From Savitreella phatthalungensis (lineage: Eukaryota), in contig AP039689.1 of the NCBI GenBank assembly GCA_051599415.1, forward strand, positions 248,001-312,000: a DNA stretch of 64,000 nucleotides. Reading direction: 5' to 3'. Both the position numbers and the translations under genes were made by a program. Of this stretch, positions 43,956 through 54,993 are shown one piece after another. A model generated the notes under the pieces. The model was not told the origin of the DNA, ran no database searches, and saw only the letters and a program-made list of their open reading frames with translations. Numbering within the stretch: position 1 is the first letter of the stretch; each line of letters starts with the position of its first letter.

Positions 43956-45410
43956 ATGTCGCCGGCTGCAGAGTATGCGCGCTATCAGAGTCCCCTGTGT
44001 TCTCGGTATGCGTCCAAGGAGATGGCAGAACTCTTCTCCCCGGCCAGACGATTTGGTACATGGCGTCAGCTTTGGCTGAATCTGGCAATCGCCGAGAAGC
44101 AGCTCGGTCTGAACATTTCGGACGAGGCGATTGAGCAGATGAAAGGTCACCTTGATTTGACTGCAGAAGAGTTTGATGTGGCTGCTGCTGAGGAGAAGAA
44201 GCGTCGTCACGATGTGATGGCGCACGTGCACACATTTGGACTCGCCGCTCCTGCTGCAGCTGGCATCATCCACCTCGGTGCCACCTCCTGCTACTGCACG
44301 GACAATGCCGACCTGATCTTCCTTCGCGAGGGTTGCGACATCGTCATCGGCAAGCTCGTCAACGTGATTGACCGGCTGAGCAAATTTGCTCTCGAGCACG
44401 CAGACCTGCCCACCCTCGGCTTCACCCACTATCAGCCTGCACAGCTGACGACGGTCGGAAAGCGTGTGACGCTGTGGCTGCAGGAGTTGTTGTGGGACTT
44501 GCGCAACATCTCGCGTGCGCGGAACGACATTGGCTTCCGCGGTGTCAAGGGTACCACCGGCACCCAGGCATCCTTCCTCACGCTGTTTGACGGCGACCAC
44601 GACAAGGTCGAGCAGCTCGATCGACTTGTGACAGAGTCTTTCGGATTCGACATCAACTACCCCGTCACGGGACAGACGTACTCGCGCAAGATCGATATCG
44701 ATGTCATGTCGCCGCTGGCATCGCTCGGTGCCACCGCACACAAGATCGCCACGGATATCCGCCTGCTCGCAAACCTGAAGGAGATGGAGGAGCCGTTCGA
44801 GAAGGATCAGATTGGATCGTCTGCGATGGCGTACAAGCGGAACCCGATGCGTTCTGAGCGCGTCTGTTCACTGTCACGCCACCTGATGGCCCTGATCCAG
44901 GACGCGTTGAACACGGCGTCCGTCCAGTGGTTCGAGCGCACGCTCGACGACAGTGCCGTCCGCCGCGTCTCGATCCCGGAAGCTTTCCTGACGGCCGACA
45001 TTGTGCTGTCGACGCTGCTGAACGTGTGCGAGGGGTTGGTCGTCTATCCTCGGGTGATTGCACGCCGTGTCGCCTCAGAGTTGCCCTTTATGGCGACTGA
45101 GAACATCATCATGGCTGTCGTCCAGGCCGGCGGCGATCGTCAGGAATGCCACGAGCAAATCCGAGTGCTATCACACCAGGCAGCCGCAGTCGTCAAGCAC
45201 GAAGGCGGTGAGAACGACCTGATCGACCGCATCCGCAACAGCCCGTACTTTGCACCAATCCACGCACAACTAGATGCACTCCTAGACCCATCCACCTTCG
45301 TCGGCAGAGCTCCTCAACAGACCAGGAAATTCGTCAACAACGACATTCAAAACGCGCTCAAACCTTTCGCACACTACATCACACAAGACAAAGTTGAGCT
45401 CAGTGTATAG
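43956..45410 (+). CDS. ADE13: Adenylosuccinate lyase
   Basis: [39 protein letters not shown] fumarase-family signature. Confidence 0.97.
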   Translation: MSPAAEYARYQSPLCSRYASKEMAELFSPARRFGTWRQLWLNLAIAEKQLGLNISDEAIEQMKGHLDLTAEEFDVAAAEEKKRRHDVMAHVHTFGLAAPAAAGIIHLGATSCYCTDNADLIFLREGCDIVIGKLVNVIDRLSKFALEHADLPTLGFTHYQPAQLTTVGKRVTLWLQELLWDLRNISRARNDIGFRGVKGTTGTQASFLTLFDGDHDKVEQLDRLVTESFGFDINYPVTGQTYSRKIDIDVMSPLASLGATAHKIATDIRLLANLKEMEEPFEKDQIGSSAMAYKRNPMRSERVCSLSRHLMALIQDALNTASVQWFERTLDDSAVRRVSIPEAFLTADIVLSTLLNVCEGLVVYPRVIARRVASELPFMATENIIMAVVQAGGDRQECHEQIRVLSHQAAAVVKHEGGENDLIDRIRNSPYFAPIHAQLDALLDPSTFVGRAPQQTRKFVNNDIQNALKPFAHYITQDKVELSV

Positions 45411-45650
45411 ATCATCGCAGAGCAGAGTAGAGTTGATTAGACCATCCAAGGGGAAAAATGGAGTATGCTATGATATGGTTGAGATCTTCCGTTCTTGCAT
45501 TCTGTGCATCTAGATTTGTAGCTTGAACGATTTGATCACGTGAATAGACCGGGGGAACAAAGGTCACGTCACTTCCCCAACTCCAGAAAAGACAATCGAC
45601 GGTAGAACATCTCGAGTGAGAATTCGGCGTGCTTTGATCATCGACGGACG

Positions 45651-46595
45651 ATGCCGGGTGATGATTCTCCATCGAGCGACTGGACGCGGATGCTAGTGGA
45701 CGTTTCACGTCGCGTAGCTCGGTGGTCCCGCGACTACATTGGGATTCCGTTTTCTGGGAGTGGCGGAGGATTGCCGTTCCAGGTGGATGGTGGCCGTCGT
45801 GCTGGTGGGCCGAAGGCGTACGGTGTGGAGAAAGGCCGATGGCGGAAGGGCGACCCGATCGTAGGGTTCTACACGACTGGCGGGGACGCTGTGGGAGGGA
45901 AGGTGCGGAGGGTGGTTCTGAATCTGCCGGACGGGTCGAGTATGCTGGATATGTGTTACCCGGGATGGGAGGTGGCGGTGGTGCCGAGGCATGCGCTAGA
46001 CCATTTCCTCAACAGAAGGTATCTTTTTGGAGACTACCACGCTCATCTGCTGACGGGGAATCCGCTACACCAGATGCGCGGCACGGCAGAGCGTCGGGAC
46101 GCTGTCGGTGTCGGTGACGGTGGGGAGCGGCGTTGGTGGGGTGGTGAGCAGGAAGGGGATGAGATTGAGCGAGCGATGGCCCGGCATGCAGAGGTCTTTG
46201 CAAGAAGGCGGGAGCGAGCGAGGGAGATGGGTGGGGTCGAGCACGCGGCGCGCGCACAGCAGGCCCGAGGGGTTCCATTTGATGCACACCCGGACGCAGA
46301 AGCATATGCACGCAGTGTGGAATCTTCGAATGCGGTCACGCGGGAAGATGCAGGTGCAGATGATGGGGGACAAATAGCACGATTCGCCTCTTACTCACAC
46401 ACCTCTACTGCCAGATCGCCTACGCCTGAAGAAGCAGACACTCATGACACACCGAATAGGAAGCTTGTCAGAGTCACCGTCACAAAAGAGCATGTCCGTG
46501 GAGGTGATGGTCCACGGTCAAGGACGACGACTCGTCGAGAGTTTGATAACGGCGATATCGACACCGACACGGACGGTGACATGCAGTCCGAGTGA
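45651..46595 (+). CDS. Hypothetical protein
   Basis: 314-aa ATG ORF preceded by a TGATCACGTG promoter-like element. No family recognised. Confidence 0.6.
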   Translation: MPGDDSPSSDWTRMLVDVSRRVARWSRDYIGIPFSGSGGGLPFQVDGGRRAGGPKAYGVEKGRWRKGDPIVGFYTTGGDAVGGKVRRVVLNLPDGSSMLDMCYPGWEVAVVPRHALDHFLNRRYLFGDYHAHLLTGNPLHQMRGTAERRDAVGVGDGGERRWWGGEQEGDEIERAMARHAEVFARRRERAREMGGVEHAARAQQARGVPFDAHPDAEAYARSVESSNAVTREDAGADDGGQIARFASYSHTSTARSPTPEEADTHDTPNRKLVRVTVTKEHVRGGDGPRSRTTTRREFDNGDIDTDTDGDMQSE

Positions 46596-46682
46596 ACACT
46601 GATGCAGCCTAGCCGCTGACGCAGTATGCAGACGCGCGCACGCATGTAAATACGAGTTAATGAATGAGCCACACAGACACAA

Positions 46683-46683
<1 letters not shown>

Positions 46684-46753
<70 letters not shown>
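46684..46753. repeat. (CA)n microsatellite, about 35 units
   Basis: Perfect CA run. Confidence 0.97.
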
Positions 46754-46754
<1 letters not shown>

Positions 46755-47111
46755 GAGACGAGAAGGAGAAGTCGATGTAGGGACGGGGCTTTATGTTTGA
46801 TAGATGATCGTGATTGGGGCATTACTCGTTCGCGTTTTTCTTTCAAGAAGAGAATAGCTGAAAGGTTGAAAGATACCTCACCAGTTAATTCTTCTCTTGA
46901 CATCATCTATGCGCTTCTCCCAACCTCTGTGATATGTGGATAGGGGATCTGTGAAACGATTCCATATTCCATTCCATATTGGAGAATCAGACAAGCCTTG
47001 GAACAATTGTTATGTATCTCCTCCTTTGTATTTTGGCATCGACGAGAGCTTGTGTATTCCCTTTATCGAATGCTTGATGTTGTTCCTCGACTGTCAATAC
47101 GCATGATTTAC

Positions 47112-47372
47112 TTAGCGTGAGTAAGACCAGACGTTCTTCAACAGACCTGACTGGGTGGCGAGCTTGTTGAGGCAGTCGTCAGACTCACCCTTCTCACGGA
47201 CGAAGCCGCAGAGGGCAAAGGTGGTGGTGGTCGGGAGTGCACGGCCGCTCTCGTCAACGTCAGCGACGTTGATCTGGACAGAGGCGTGGTCGTGAGCCTT
47301 GATGAGTCTGTTTGTCGCGTTGCACTTGCGAGGGACGTAAAGGTCGACGACGCGGCCCTCGGAGTTCTCCAT
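47112..47372 (-). CDS. RPS21: 40S ribosomal protein S21 (eS21)
   Basis: [37 protein letters not shown]...KNVWSYSR. Confidence 0.97.
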   Translation of the reverse strand: MENSEGRVVDLYVPRKCNATNRLIKAHDHASVQINVADVDESGRALPTTTTFALCGFVREKGESDDCLNKLATQSGLLKNVWSYSR

Positions 47373-48535
47373 GTTGTATGTGTGTGTAAGGTGGAAGACG
47401 TGAATGATTTGTGTCTTGTGCTCTTCAGTTTAGACTGGACGGGTGTTCGTCGAGAGACTGGTGGTGGACGTGCTGGCTGTAGTGATGCCGCTGGAGGAGG
47501 AAGAGACTAGAGTGTACAGAGTAGAGAGACAGTAGTGAGGGCAGTGAGGGTAGTGAGGGTAGTGAGTGAATGAGGGTGAGAGTAGAGCAAAAGGAAGAGA
47601 GAGTTAGAGAGAGAGAGAGAGTTAGAGAGAAAGAGAGAGAGTTAGAGAGTCGATGCACGGTTGGAGTTTGAGGTAAAAGTTCCAACTGTGTCTGATGCTT
47701 CCTCCGCTTGCTTACTCGCTCAGTCATTCACTCAGTCACTCAGTAAATTACTGGCCCAGAATCTACTCTTTCATTCCAGCCAGCAAGACAGAACTGAATA
47801 TAATGTCAAACTTTTTCCCACGCTCACCAGATCACCCTCATGTGATGACCCTCATGTGTCATTCGACGAAAGCAATTCAATGCACAAAATATGTCATTCA
47901 AATTTATTTCTTTTAAGTTGTATGGCATAGCTATATATAGAGTCGAATTGACATCCTATAGAGAGGGAAGTCCTTTAATTTGTTCTTACACCTGTGCGTG
48001 CAACTCACTCTCACCATCCATGCAACATAGCTGAGCCGTACGAACAGAGTAGCTTGCTGTGCATCGTCCATAGAATTTCTGGTTTCAAACCATTTCCGAT
48101 ACTATTCCGAACGACCAGTGACCAGTAGGGGCTTCTTAGCACGGGTATAGCAAACCTTCCGATGCACATACTGCATGTGCACATATTCCATCATGGATGG
48201 AATGCACAGAGATGCTCCTCTAGAGTCCCTTGCTGGCGGAAGAGTGATGATCTCGCGCTAGTACGATGTAAGCTGGGAGTCTGAATTGCTGGCATCTCCG
48301 ATCCGATGCCTCATATGAGCCACTAATCATCAGTGTGGCGATTATGGTGGCCTCTCGGCTTATCCCATCATGTCACTCATGGCTTTCCTGATGAAAAACT
48401 TGACGAGTGAGTCAACTCTCTTGACTGCTGGGAATCTTTCCATCACAGGTGACTGATCTCCCGAACATCCAGCGTGGAACGTATGTCTCCTGTCCTTTCG
48501 AAGCATCTATTGAGATATGACCCCTGTTGCACACC

Positions 48536-48925
48536 TCATCCGAGCCGTGCCGAACTTTCTACGTCGTCGAATAAACCGTCACAATCGTCATTGATAATCA
48601 TCTTCATCCGCAAATCGCGTAATTGAGCCAGCCTATTGTCCTCTCTGACGTCCTGGTTCTCTGCGACAAGGGCAGCATGTGGCGTCTTTGCTTCCCTGTA
48701 GAAGTGGTTATCACAGTGTGGGCAGTACTGCTTCGATTCGTCCTCTTCGAACTCACGAGCGTCTAGCCGAAACGCCCGCCGGCACTTCTTGCATATCAGG
48801 GACATCTCGTCCTTCTGCATCAGCGGGTGATCTGTAGCCTCGGCGTGGCACTCCGCACAGTCATACCAGCCCTTGCAGCATGGCGCCCTGATGGACACCT
48901 GTGCGTTCAGAATATGTTTGCACAT
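48536..48925 (-). CDS. Small CHY zinc-finger protein
   Basis: MCKHILNAQVSIRAPCC..WYDCAECH, CKKC, YCPHCDNHF. Confidence 0.88.
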   Translation of the reverse strand: MCKHILNAQVSIRAPCCKGWYDCAECHAEATDHPLMQKDEMSLICKKCRRAFRLDAREFEEDESKQYCPHCDNHFYREAKTPHAALVAENQDVREDNRLAQLRDLRMKMIINDDCDGLFDDVESSARLG

Positions 48926-49158
48926 CCGAGTCACCGAGCGGGAGCTCCCCTGATTCTGGCTGATTGAACGATCCGAGCGCGTCTATACACAATGGTTTTA
49001 ATGCTCCAACGCGTCACGTTGGAGCACTTTCGAAAATCACGTGCAATGAATGCCGACTCTCAGATGCATCTGGATATCTGTCACTCTAATCAAACAGCAC
49101 ATTGTCTAAACAACGTAGCCGGCATCTCGTCACGTTTGCCCGGCTCAGGCCGCTTCTC

Positions 49159-49623
49159 ATGGCGGATGGACAAAGTACATCGCCGCTTGCTACCCAAGAC
49201 GAGGACGAATATGTGGTGATCGATTTTGGTGGTACTGAGGAAAAGCCGTCTGTCAATAAACCGTACAGGTTGATCGGGCTGGATACGCAGCATCCGTGGA
49301 TGCAGATCGAGGGTCAGATCTTCCGTGGTACCTGGGCCACAGCCGTCGGTACAGACCTGCATTTCGACGGCGATGGGAATTTCGTGGCCAAGTCAACGCG
49401 GAGGCTCATTATGCGCAGGGTGCCAGCACGGCTCAAGGGCGCGCCAGTAAGACGGCCTGCAGAGATTGTCATTAGGGCTGAAGCTGTTGATGTGGGGAGT
49501 GAGGAGCAGACGGGTGAGCAGACAAAGACCAGACCTTCAGCACACCAGCAGCCACAGAAGCCACCGAATGCAAAGTTGCAGGCGGTGCCGTCCGAAGCAG
49601 ATATCTCTATGAATGACGCCTGA
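49159..49623 (+). CDS. TFIIIC triple-barrel subunit (TFIIIC_sub6/GTF3C6-like)
   Basis: EDEYVVIDF, LIGLDTQHPWMQIEGQIFRGTW...GTDLHF. Confidence 0.8.
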   Translation: MADGQSTSPLATQDEDEYVVIDFGGTEEKPSVNKPYRLIGLDTQHPWMQIEGQIFRGTWATAVGTDLHFDGDGNFVAKSTRRLIMRRVPARLKGAPVRRPAEIVIRAEAVDVGSEEQTGEQTKTRPSAHQQPQKPPNAKLQAVPSEADISMNDA

Positions 49624-49826
49624 CCCTGCGAAATGCAACTCTGCACGCACAATCTACTTGAACGACAAACGACCTCACGAGTGAATGACCCTTAGATAGA
49701 CTACTATCGCCAACAGGACCCGAGACGATCTCCTCGATTCTGGAGAGAAGATGATGACATACTAATTCCTGTGACAGACACATATTTGTATCAATATTGT
49801 TATATATATATACTTCAATTCTATAG

Positions 49827-49888
49827 ACGCGCTGGCATTAGATTTTTACCTAAAAAGTTTTAATGAAAATTGATGAAATTAGACGCGT
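49827..49888. promoter_or_regulatory. MCB-like elements (ACGCGC, ACGCGT) upstream of RAD21
   Basis: ACGCGC at 49827 and ACGCGT at 49883 in AT-rich DNA. Kleisin genes are known MBF targets in yeasts. Confidence 0.55.
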
Positions 49889-50236
49889 CTGAATTTGATC
49901 TTGTCGCCAAAATTATCTCTCCAGATTTGCCAGCCACGTCTGTACTGTACTCGCACCAGGATTAACGCAAGACTGATCAAAGAGCCTATGAAGCTGGGTT
50001 CAGGACATCCTCATCATCGACAGTACCTTCTATCAACATCTTCTTGAGCGTTCTACACTGTCGCTCGTAGCTAGCGCTTCTGCTTGCTTCATTGCATCTT
50101 CTTGGCCATCCTGACAAAAGACTTGGTCGTGACAGAAATAATTCTACGACTTTGCGCGACGTCGTACAGGCTCGGCAACCTGGATCAATCAGTCTTGGCT
50201 CCTTAGCATCGCATATTCCTATCTTCTTGATCCAGC

Positions 50237-51820
50237 ATGTTCTACTCGGAGGCAATTCTGTCAAAGAAAGGTCCGCTAGCGCGGGTCTGGCTTGCTGCAC
50301 ACTGGGAGAAGAAGCTGACGAAAAGCAATATCATACAAACAGATATCCAGTCTGCGGCAAAGGAGATCTCCGAAGAGCAGCATGCCCCGATGGCGCTGCG
50401 TCTGTCGGGACAGCTGCTTCTGGGCGTCGTCCGGATTTACTCCCGTAAGGCGCGCTACTTGCTCGAGGACTGTAACGACACGTTAATGAAGATCAAGATG
50501 ACCTTCCGTCCGGGCAGCAACACGGACATGTCGACCTTGGCGGTGCGGTCGTCGCAGGCTCAGGCAGCTCAACTCATGCTTCCAGACACGCTCACCGAGC
50601 TCGATCTCCTGATGCCGCAACACAATTTCGACCTCGACGTCGACCTCGATCTGAACGCGACATTTGCCCGGGCAGCCAGTCAGCAGCGCAAGGATGGCGA
50701 TTTCTCTTTCTCGCGCTCTGTCGAGATGCCTCGTGGACTTGGTGCAGGACCTCTGCTCGAGCTTGAGGAGGACAACGACGCTCCAATCCTTGCAGAGACA
50801 GACTCCATTCAATTTGGCCTCGATTTCGGTGACGATGGAGCAGGTGACGTTACCTCAGTCGAGCTCGGTCGTGACGCAGCTCCTGAGCGCAGTCTTCGCG
50901 ACGAATTCGGCATGGATACAACGCTGCTGAAAGATCTCGACATGCAGGACGCGCCTGATGCGGATGGTGCCGATGCTCAGATTGGCGACGTGCTCGGTGA
51001 CATTAGCGAGCTGCCTGAAATCACGCTTGAGGGCGGTCTTGACGCGCTCGACCTGCCTGAGATCAGCATCGACCAGCCACAAGCTCAATCACCAGTTCGA
51101 GCTGCGCGGCAAGAGCGGACGCGGAAGCGTCGTCTCGTGGAGGATGAGGTGACGGAGATCCCGGCACGCGCATACGCTGCCAACCTCAGAAACACATCAG
51201 CCATCACAAAGCGTCCACGAATGCTGCCGAGCGATCCACGACTCCTCAGCGTCAGACTGGCTGTGGCGGCCGGCACACTCAGCAGCTACCTCTTCATGCC
51301 CTGCGCCGTCCACCCTGCCTTGGCAGACCTCCTTTCCCCAGAATTCGTACGGCGAGTAGGAGATCCCGCACGCGCAGCCTCGCCATCGGCAGCAGACGAG
51401 ACGAGAGACGACGCAGGACCAGCAGCGACCAGCCCGATCTTGCCACCGATTGACCAGGAAGAGGACTCCTTGGCGGCCTTGGACATTCCCGACCAGCTTG
51501 ACGATCTCGGACAGCTTGACTTTGACGAGCCTGCTGGGGCGTTGCCAGCGGACGCCCTCGACCGTGCAGACGCACGTGAGCAGTCTGCATCCCAGCTGTC
51601 TGCTGCCGATCCGGCGAACGCCGTCGCTGCCATCCGCTCTGCGCTTCAGACTTCAGCACCAGCGAGCTTCGATCACATCACCCAGGACATGTCCCGTGCA
51701 AACGCATCGGAAGTCTTCTTCCAGTGTCTCCTCGCCGCCACACGCGGCACCATCAAAGTCGATCAAGCTACACCCTACGCCGACATCACACTCACCAATG
51801 CAGTGCCCGTGGCAGTCTGA
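50237..51820 (+). CDS. RAD21: Mitotic cohesin kleisin Rad21/Scc1
   Basis: MFYSEAILSKKGPLARVWLAAHWEKKL, MALRLSGQLLLGVVRIYSRK, SVELGR cleavage-type motif, C-terminal winged helix. Confidence 0.95.
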   Translation: MFYSEAILSKKGPLARVWLAAHWEKKLTKSNIIQTDIQSAAKEISEEQHAPMALRLSGQLLLGVVRIYSRKARYLLEDCNDTLMKIKMTFRPGSNTDMSTLAVRSSQAQAAQLMLPDTLTELDLLMPQHNFDLDVDLDLNATFARAASQQRKDGDFSFSRSVEMPRGLGAGPLLELEEDNDAPILAETDSIQFGLDFGDDGAGDVTSVELGRDAAPERSLRDEFGMDTTLLKDLDMQDAPDADGADAQIGDVLGDISELPEITLEGGLDALDLPEISIDQPQAQSPVRAARQERTRKRRLVEDEVTEIPARAYAANLRNTSAITKRPRMLPSDPRLLSVRLAVAAGTLSSYLFMPCAVHPALADLLSPEFVRRVGDPARAASPSAADETRDDAGPAATSPILPPIDQEEDSLAALDIPDQLDDLGQLDFDEPAGALPADALDRADAREQSASQLSAADPANAVAAIRSALQTSAPASFDHITQDMSRANASEVFFQCLLAATRGTIKVDQATPYADITLTNAVPVAV

Positions 51821-51931
51821 CATCAAACACGACATTCACCTCCTTGTAGATCCACTTCTCTTCCTTTTTCCACCCATAGCCTCATGCAGTCCTTGTTGAG
51901 TCATGTACATTTCATTCCATTCCGGGCGACC

Positions 51932-52671
51932 TCAGATGTCGCGCGACCGGGTCATCCACGCATTCACTGCGTTGATCGAGTCGTACTCCATCTTGAACAC
52001 TGTGTTTGCAACCTTGTCAGCCTCTGCGCCGATGTCCTGGTAGGGTATTGTTGCTTACGCGATCGCTCGAGCTCGTCGAGACCTCTGAGGAATGCTAGAT
52101 CTGCCGGTGCGACGACCTTAGGTCCCGCGGCTGCTGTGACAGCTGGCTCGTGCGCGTGGTCAGCCAACTTGGTCACCCGACTCCTGAACGTCTCGATGAT
52201 GACCTGAGCGAGCTGATCAGGCCGATCGCTCCAGTCGAGGTACTTGGCAGCAGCCGCGTAGAAGTGAGTGCTCTGACCACGCAGGTCGACGTGGCGTGGT
52301 GAGGCCTTCAGCGCATTGCATACACCGGCCGACAGCATCTTCGGGCGGCCGATATCCAGCGTCTCTCTAAACGCGTACGTGTCAGTGGCAGAGTCGAGGC
52401 AGAGGCGCAAGGGTTGGCCTACCGGATACCGAGGAGCTCAGCGAGCCAGTAAGGGAGCTCTACACGCTGACCTTCTTTGATCTAATAGCGCAAACGAATG
52501 TCAGCTTGAGGACGACCTCGGCAGTGGATCTGGAGTAAGGGGAGGATGTACGTCGTGTGTCTCCTCAGACTCGAGGAACCCTAGGCCGGGAACATCAAGC
52601 CGGAATGTGCATGGCAGCTTCTGCTGCGTGGCCAGGATAGCGTCAATATCGTAGTATCCACCACTCGTCAT
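51932..52671 (-). CDS. PSF3: GINS complex subunit Psf3, three short introns
   Basis: Spliced product MTSGGYYDIDAILATQQKLPCTF..PGLGFLE / IKEGQRVELPYWLAELL / NALKASPRHVDLR..HFY..FLRGLDELERS / LFK..INAVNAWM. Confidence 0.9.
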
Positions 52672-53016
52672 GGTCGTCCTCGTGAGCGCATATAGTCACA
52701 CGCTGCTGTGGTAGAAGGGAATGTGCGGTGGTAGTAGACGTGTCTTCAAAGACGCGTTGTTGATTGAAGTCTGAATTTATGTCATGCATGTCATCCTCAT
52801 ATGACAACAGGTCAATGCAACACAAGGTTATGCAGCAAACACAAGACTATATCTGTGGAAGAGGCGCAGAAACCGTGCTGAATAGATGGTATCGAGCTCA
52901 AGAGAGTCGGATGAGCGAGTGACTGCTTGAGCCACTGCCTGTGCGACTGCTGCTCTTAGATCCTGGACGACTTGTCACTATGTTGGACACGAGGGCTAAG
53001 TAGTTGGGGCGCTTGG

Positions 53017-54699
53017 ATGTTGCAGCGGATCAGATACTTGCCAGGCCCGCGATGCGGTGTCGGCGGATGCAAGGCTCGGCAGTACTATCGCCTCGATGGA
53101 CAGACCTTCTGCCGTAACAATCACCTCGTTGTCGGAGAGTTCCTGCTCGAGACCGAGGAAGATGAGGTCCATGCTTCTGGCGTAGGGTCACGTCGAAAGG
53201 TGGTCCGAGAGGGTAGGCTTAGTGCAGCAGACGCTCGACGTCAGAGCAAAGCCGCTGAGCTACTCTACGGAGCCTACCTCCGCGCAGCTCGTCTTCAAGC
53301 ACACCAGTGTATCCTACGAACGCAGATCGAGCAGTTGTCGAGCTTCTATGACATTCCGGATCTTGAGATCGTCGCCCGAGATCTTTGGGCAAGATTCTGT
53401 GTCGCTCTCCGTGTCGATATGATGCTTCCGGAAGGTCTTGATGCTGCAGCTACCGAAGATGACGCTGGTATTGGATTACCAGAAAGCAGTCAGGTTGCAG
53501 ATGAAGCGGTCGCCGTTGCGGATGAGGAAGGTGATGACGATGCCCTGCCTATTGCAATCGGTTCACAGCCAGCGCTTCGACACCTTTTCGCCCTGAGCTA
53601 TCTGTCTCTCATGTCTGTCCAGGCTCCTGTGGAGCTGTGCGCGCTTCGCCAGCACCTGGTCGATGGACGCATCACATATCTGCGTGCGATCAAAGCCGTC
53701 CCTCCTGAGCTCCGACGAAAACTGCCGCGAGAGGAACGATCTCAGCTCGATCCGCCAGTCATTCCGACAGTTCGCTACATGTGGCGAGGTATCCGAGCAG
53801 TCATCAAGACGCTCGTGTCTGGTGGGAGTTGGTCGCCACCACGGATCAATACGTCTGGTTTGCTATACACCCAGGCAAGGCATTTGCTGATCCCGCTCCA
53901 CTTTGCCACTGCCGCGGGTGATGTATTGTGTGCGCACGAGATGCTACTGGATGGCATGAACGCAGGGGCATGGTACCGAATCGAGCGCGGCCAGCCTGAC
54001 CTGCCACCTGAGACGCGCACTGCCGCGATGCTGCTAGTCCTCGTCCGCCTTGCGACTGGCCAGGACCGGTTAGGGCGCAAATCGATGCTCGAGAGCACGC
54101 TCTACCTGACCTCCCCAAACTTCGAGCTCTGGGGTCCAGCTCTCGAGCAACGTCTCACGGCATTGCGGTCTCAGACAGGCGCAGCTGCCAGAACACGACC
54201 AGAGGACGTGTACTCCATGAACGATAACCAAGTGGATGACTACCTTCGCTGGTACAAGCAGACATATGCGATCGTAGACGACAGCCCGGCAGGTGGCGAA
54301 TGGACCGGCCGAGCGCGGCAGAACGTGCTGCAGATGTTTGACGGACATATGCGGGAGAGTTTGAGTGGATTGGAGTCCAATACAGCTCGGACGCGAAGAA
54401 CCAACAAACCTGAAGACGAAGATGAAAGCATTATGTCGACAATCCACGCCAGGGTGAACCCGCGGCTCATGGGGGCACGGCCGTTGGGCACAGCATACCG
54501 TGCGACGCTCGACAAGCAGGGACGAGCGCATTTGGTCGACGGATCGACCTCCCGCAGCGCCACAGTCATGAACAATCTCGTCGATCTAGCTGCTCAGCAG
54601 CTCGGCATCCTGCGCGAGGATATCATGAAGCAGATGGCGTGGGTTGAGCGTCAACTCCACAGGGCCTGCAACGACGAAGGTCTGCAGAACGATGAATAG
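53017..54699 (+). CDS. RRN7: RNA polymerase I core factor Rrn7/TAF1B-like
   Basis: N-terminal zinc ribbon CGVGGC..Y..DGQTFCRNNH, Q.ILR.Q..L..LE.VARDLW, LSYLS..PV..L..G.I.Y pattern. Confidence 0.8.
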   Translation: MLQRIRYLPGPRCGVGGCKARQYYRLDGQTFCRNNHLVVGEFLLETEEDEVHASGVGSRRKVVREGRLSAADARRQSKAAELLYGAYLRAARLQAHQCILRTQIEQLSSFYDIPDLEIVARDLWARFCVALRVDMMLPEGLDAAATEDDAGIGLPESSQVADEAVAVADEEGDDDALPIAIGSQPALRHLFALSYLSLMSVQAPVELCALRQHLVDGRITYLRAIKAVPPELRRKLPREERSQLDPPVIPTVRYMWRGIRAVIKTLVSGGSWSPPRINTSGLLYTQARHLLIPLHFATAAGDVLCAHEMLLDGMNAGAWYRIERGQPDLPPETRTAAMLLVLVRLATGQDRLGRKSMLESTLYLTSPNFELWGPALEQRLTALRSQTGAAARTRPEDVYSMNDNQVDDYLRWYKQTYAIVDDSPAGGEWTGRARQNVLQMFDGHMRESLSGLESNTARTRRTNKPEDEDESIMSTIHARVNPRLMGARPLGTAYRATLDKQGRAHLVDGSTSRSATVMNNLVDLAAQQLGILREDIMKQMAWVERQLHRACNDEGLQNDE

Positions 54700-54993
54700 A
54701 CAGAACACGAATACGATATGAATGACTAGACGCCGAGGTCCCTTCAGGTGATTGACTTGTGTGCTTATCTCCATGCCATATACCATCCGTGTGTGCATTG
54801 ACATATGCAAAAAGCGTGCACTGCCAGCAACTCGAAATCATTATCCTATATATTGCACAACGACGTCACCCGACACTCCACCCGAGCGTGCAAATTACGT
54901 CCTGTCCTGACCTGTCTTCTCCTGTGCTCTGCGATCTCGGCACATCTTGACATGAGCCGCTAGACATCACAACCGGATTCGAAGAACGCATAG

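Noticed and set aside
46442..46906. ORFs with (CV)n repeats
   Set aside because: Artefacts of translating the (CA)n microsatellite.
48130..48160. U4 snRNA-like GCACGGGTAT
   Set aside because: Lacks the U4 kink-turn and U6 stem I elements; the Sm-like site is upstream rather than downstream.
48385..48440. Hammerhead ribozyme core CTGATGA
   Set aside because: No stem II followed by GAAA, and no matching stems I/III.
35475..52671. Genome-maintenance gene cluster (Crb2, APN1, RAD21, PSF3)
   Set aside because: Interspersed with unrelated housekeeping genes; consistent with chance in a compact genome.
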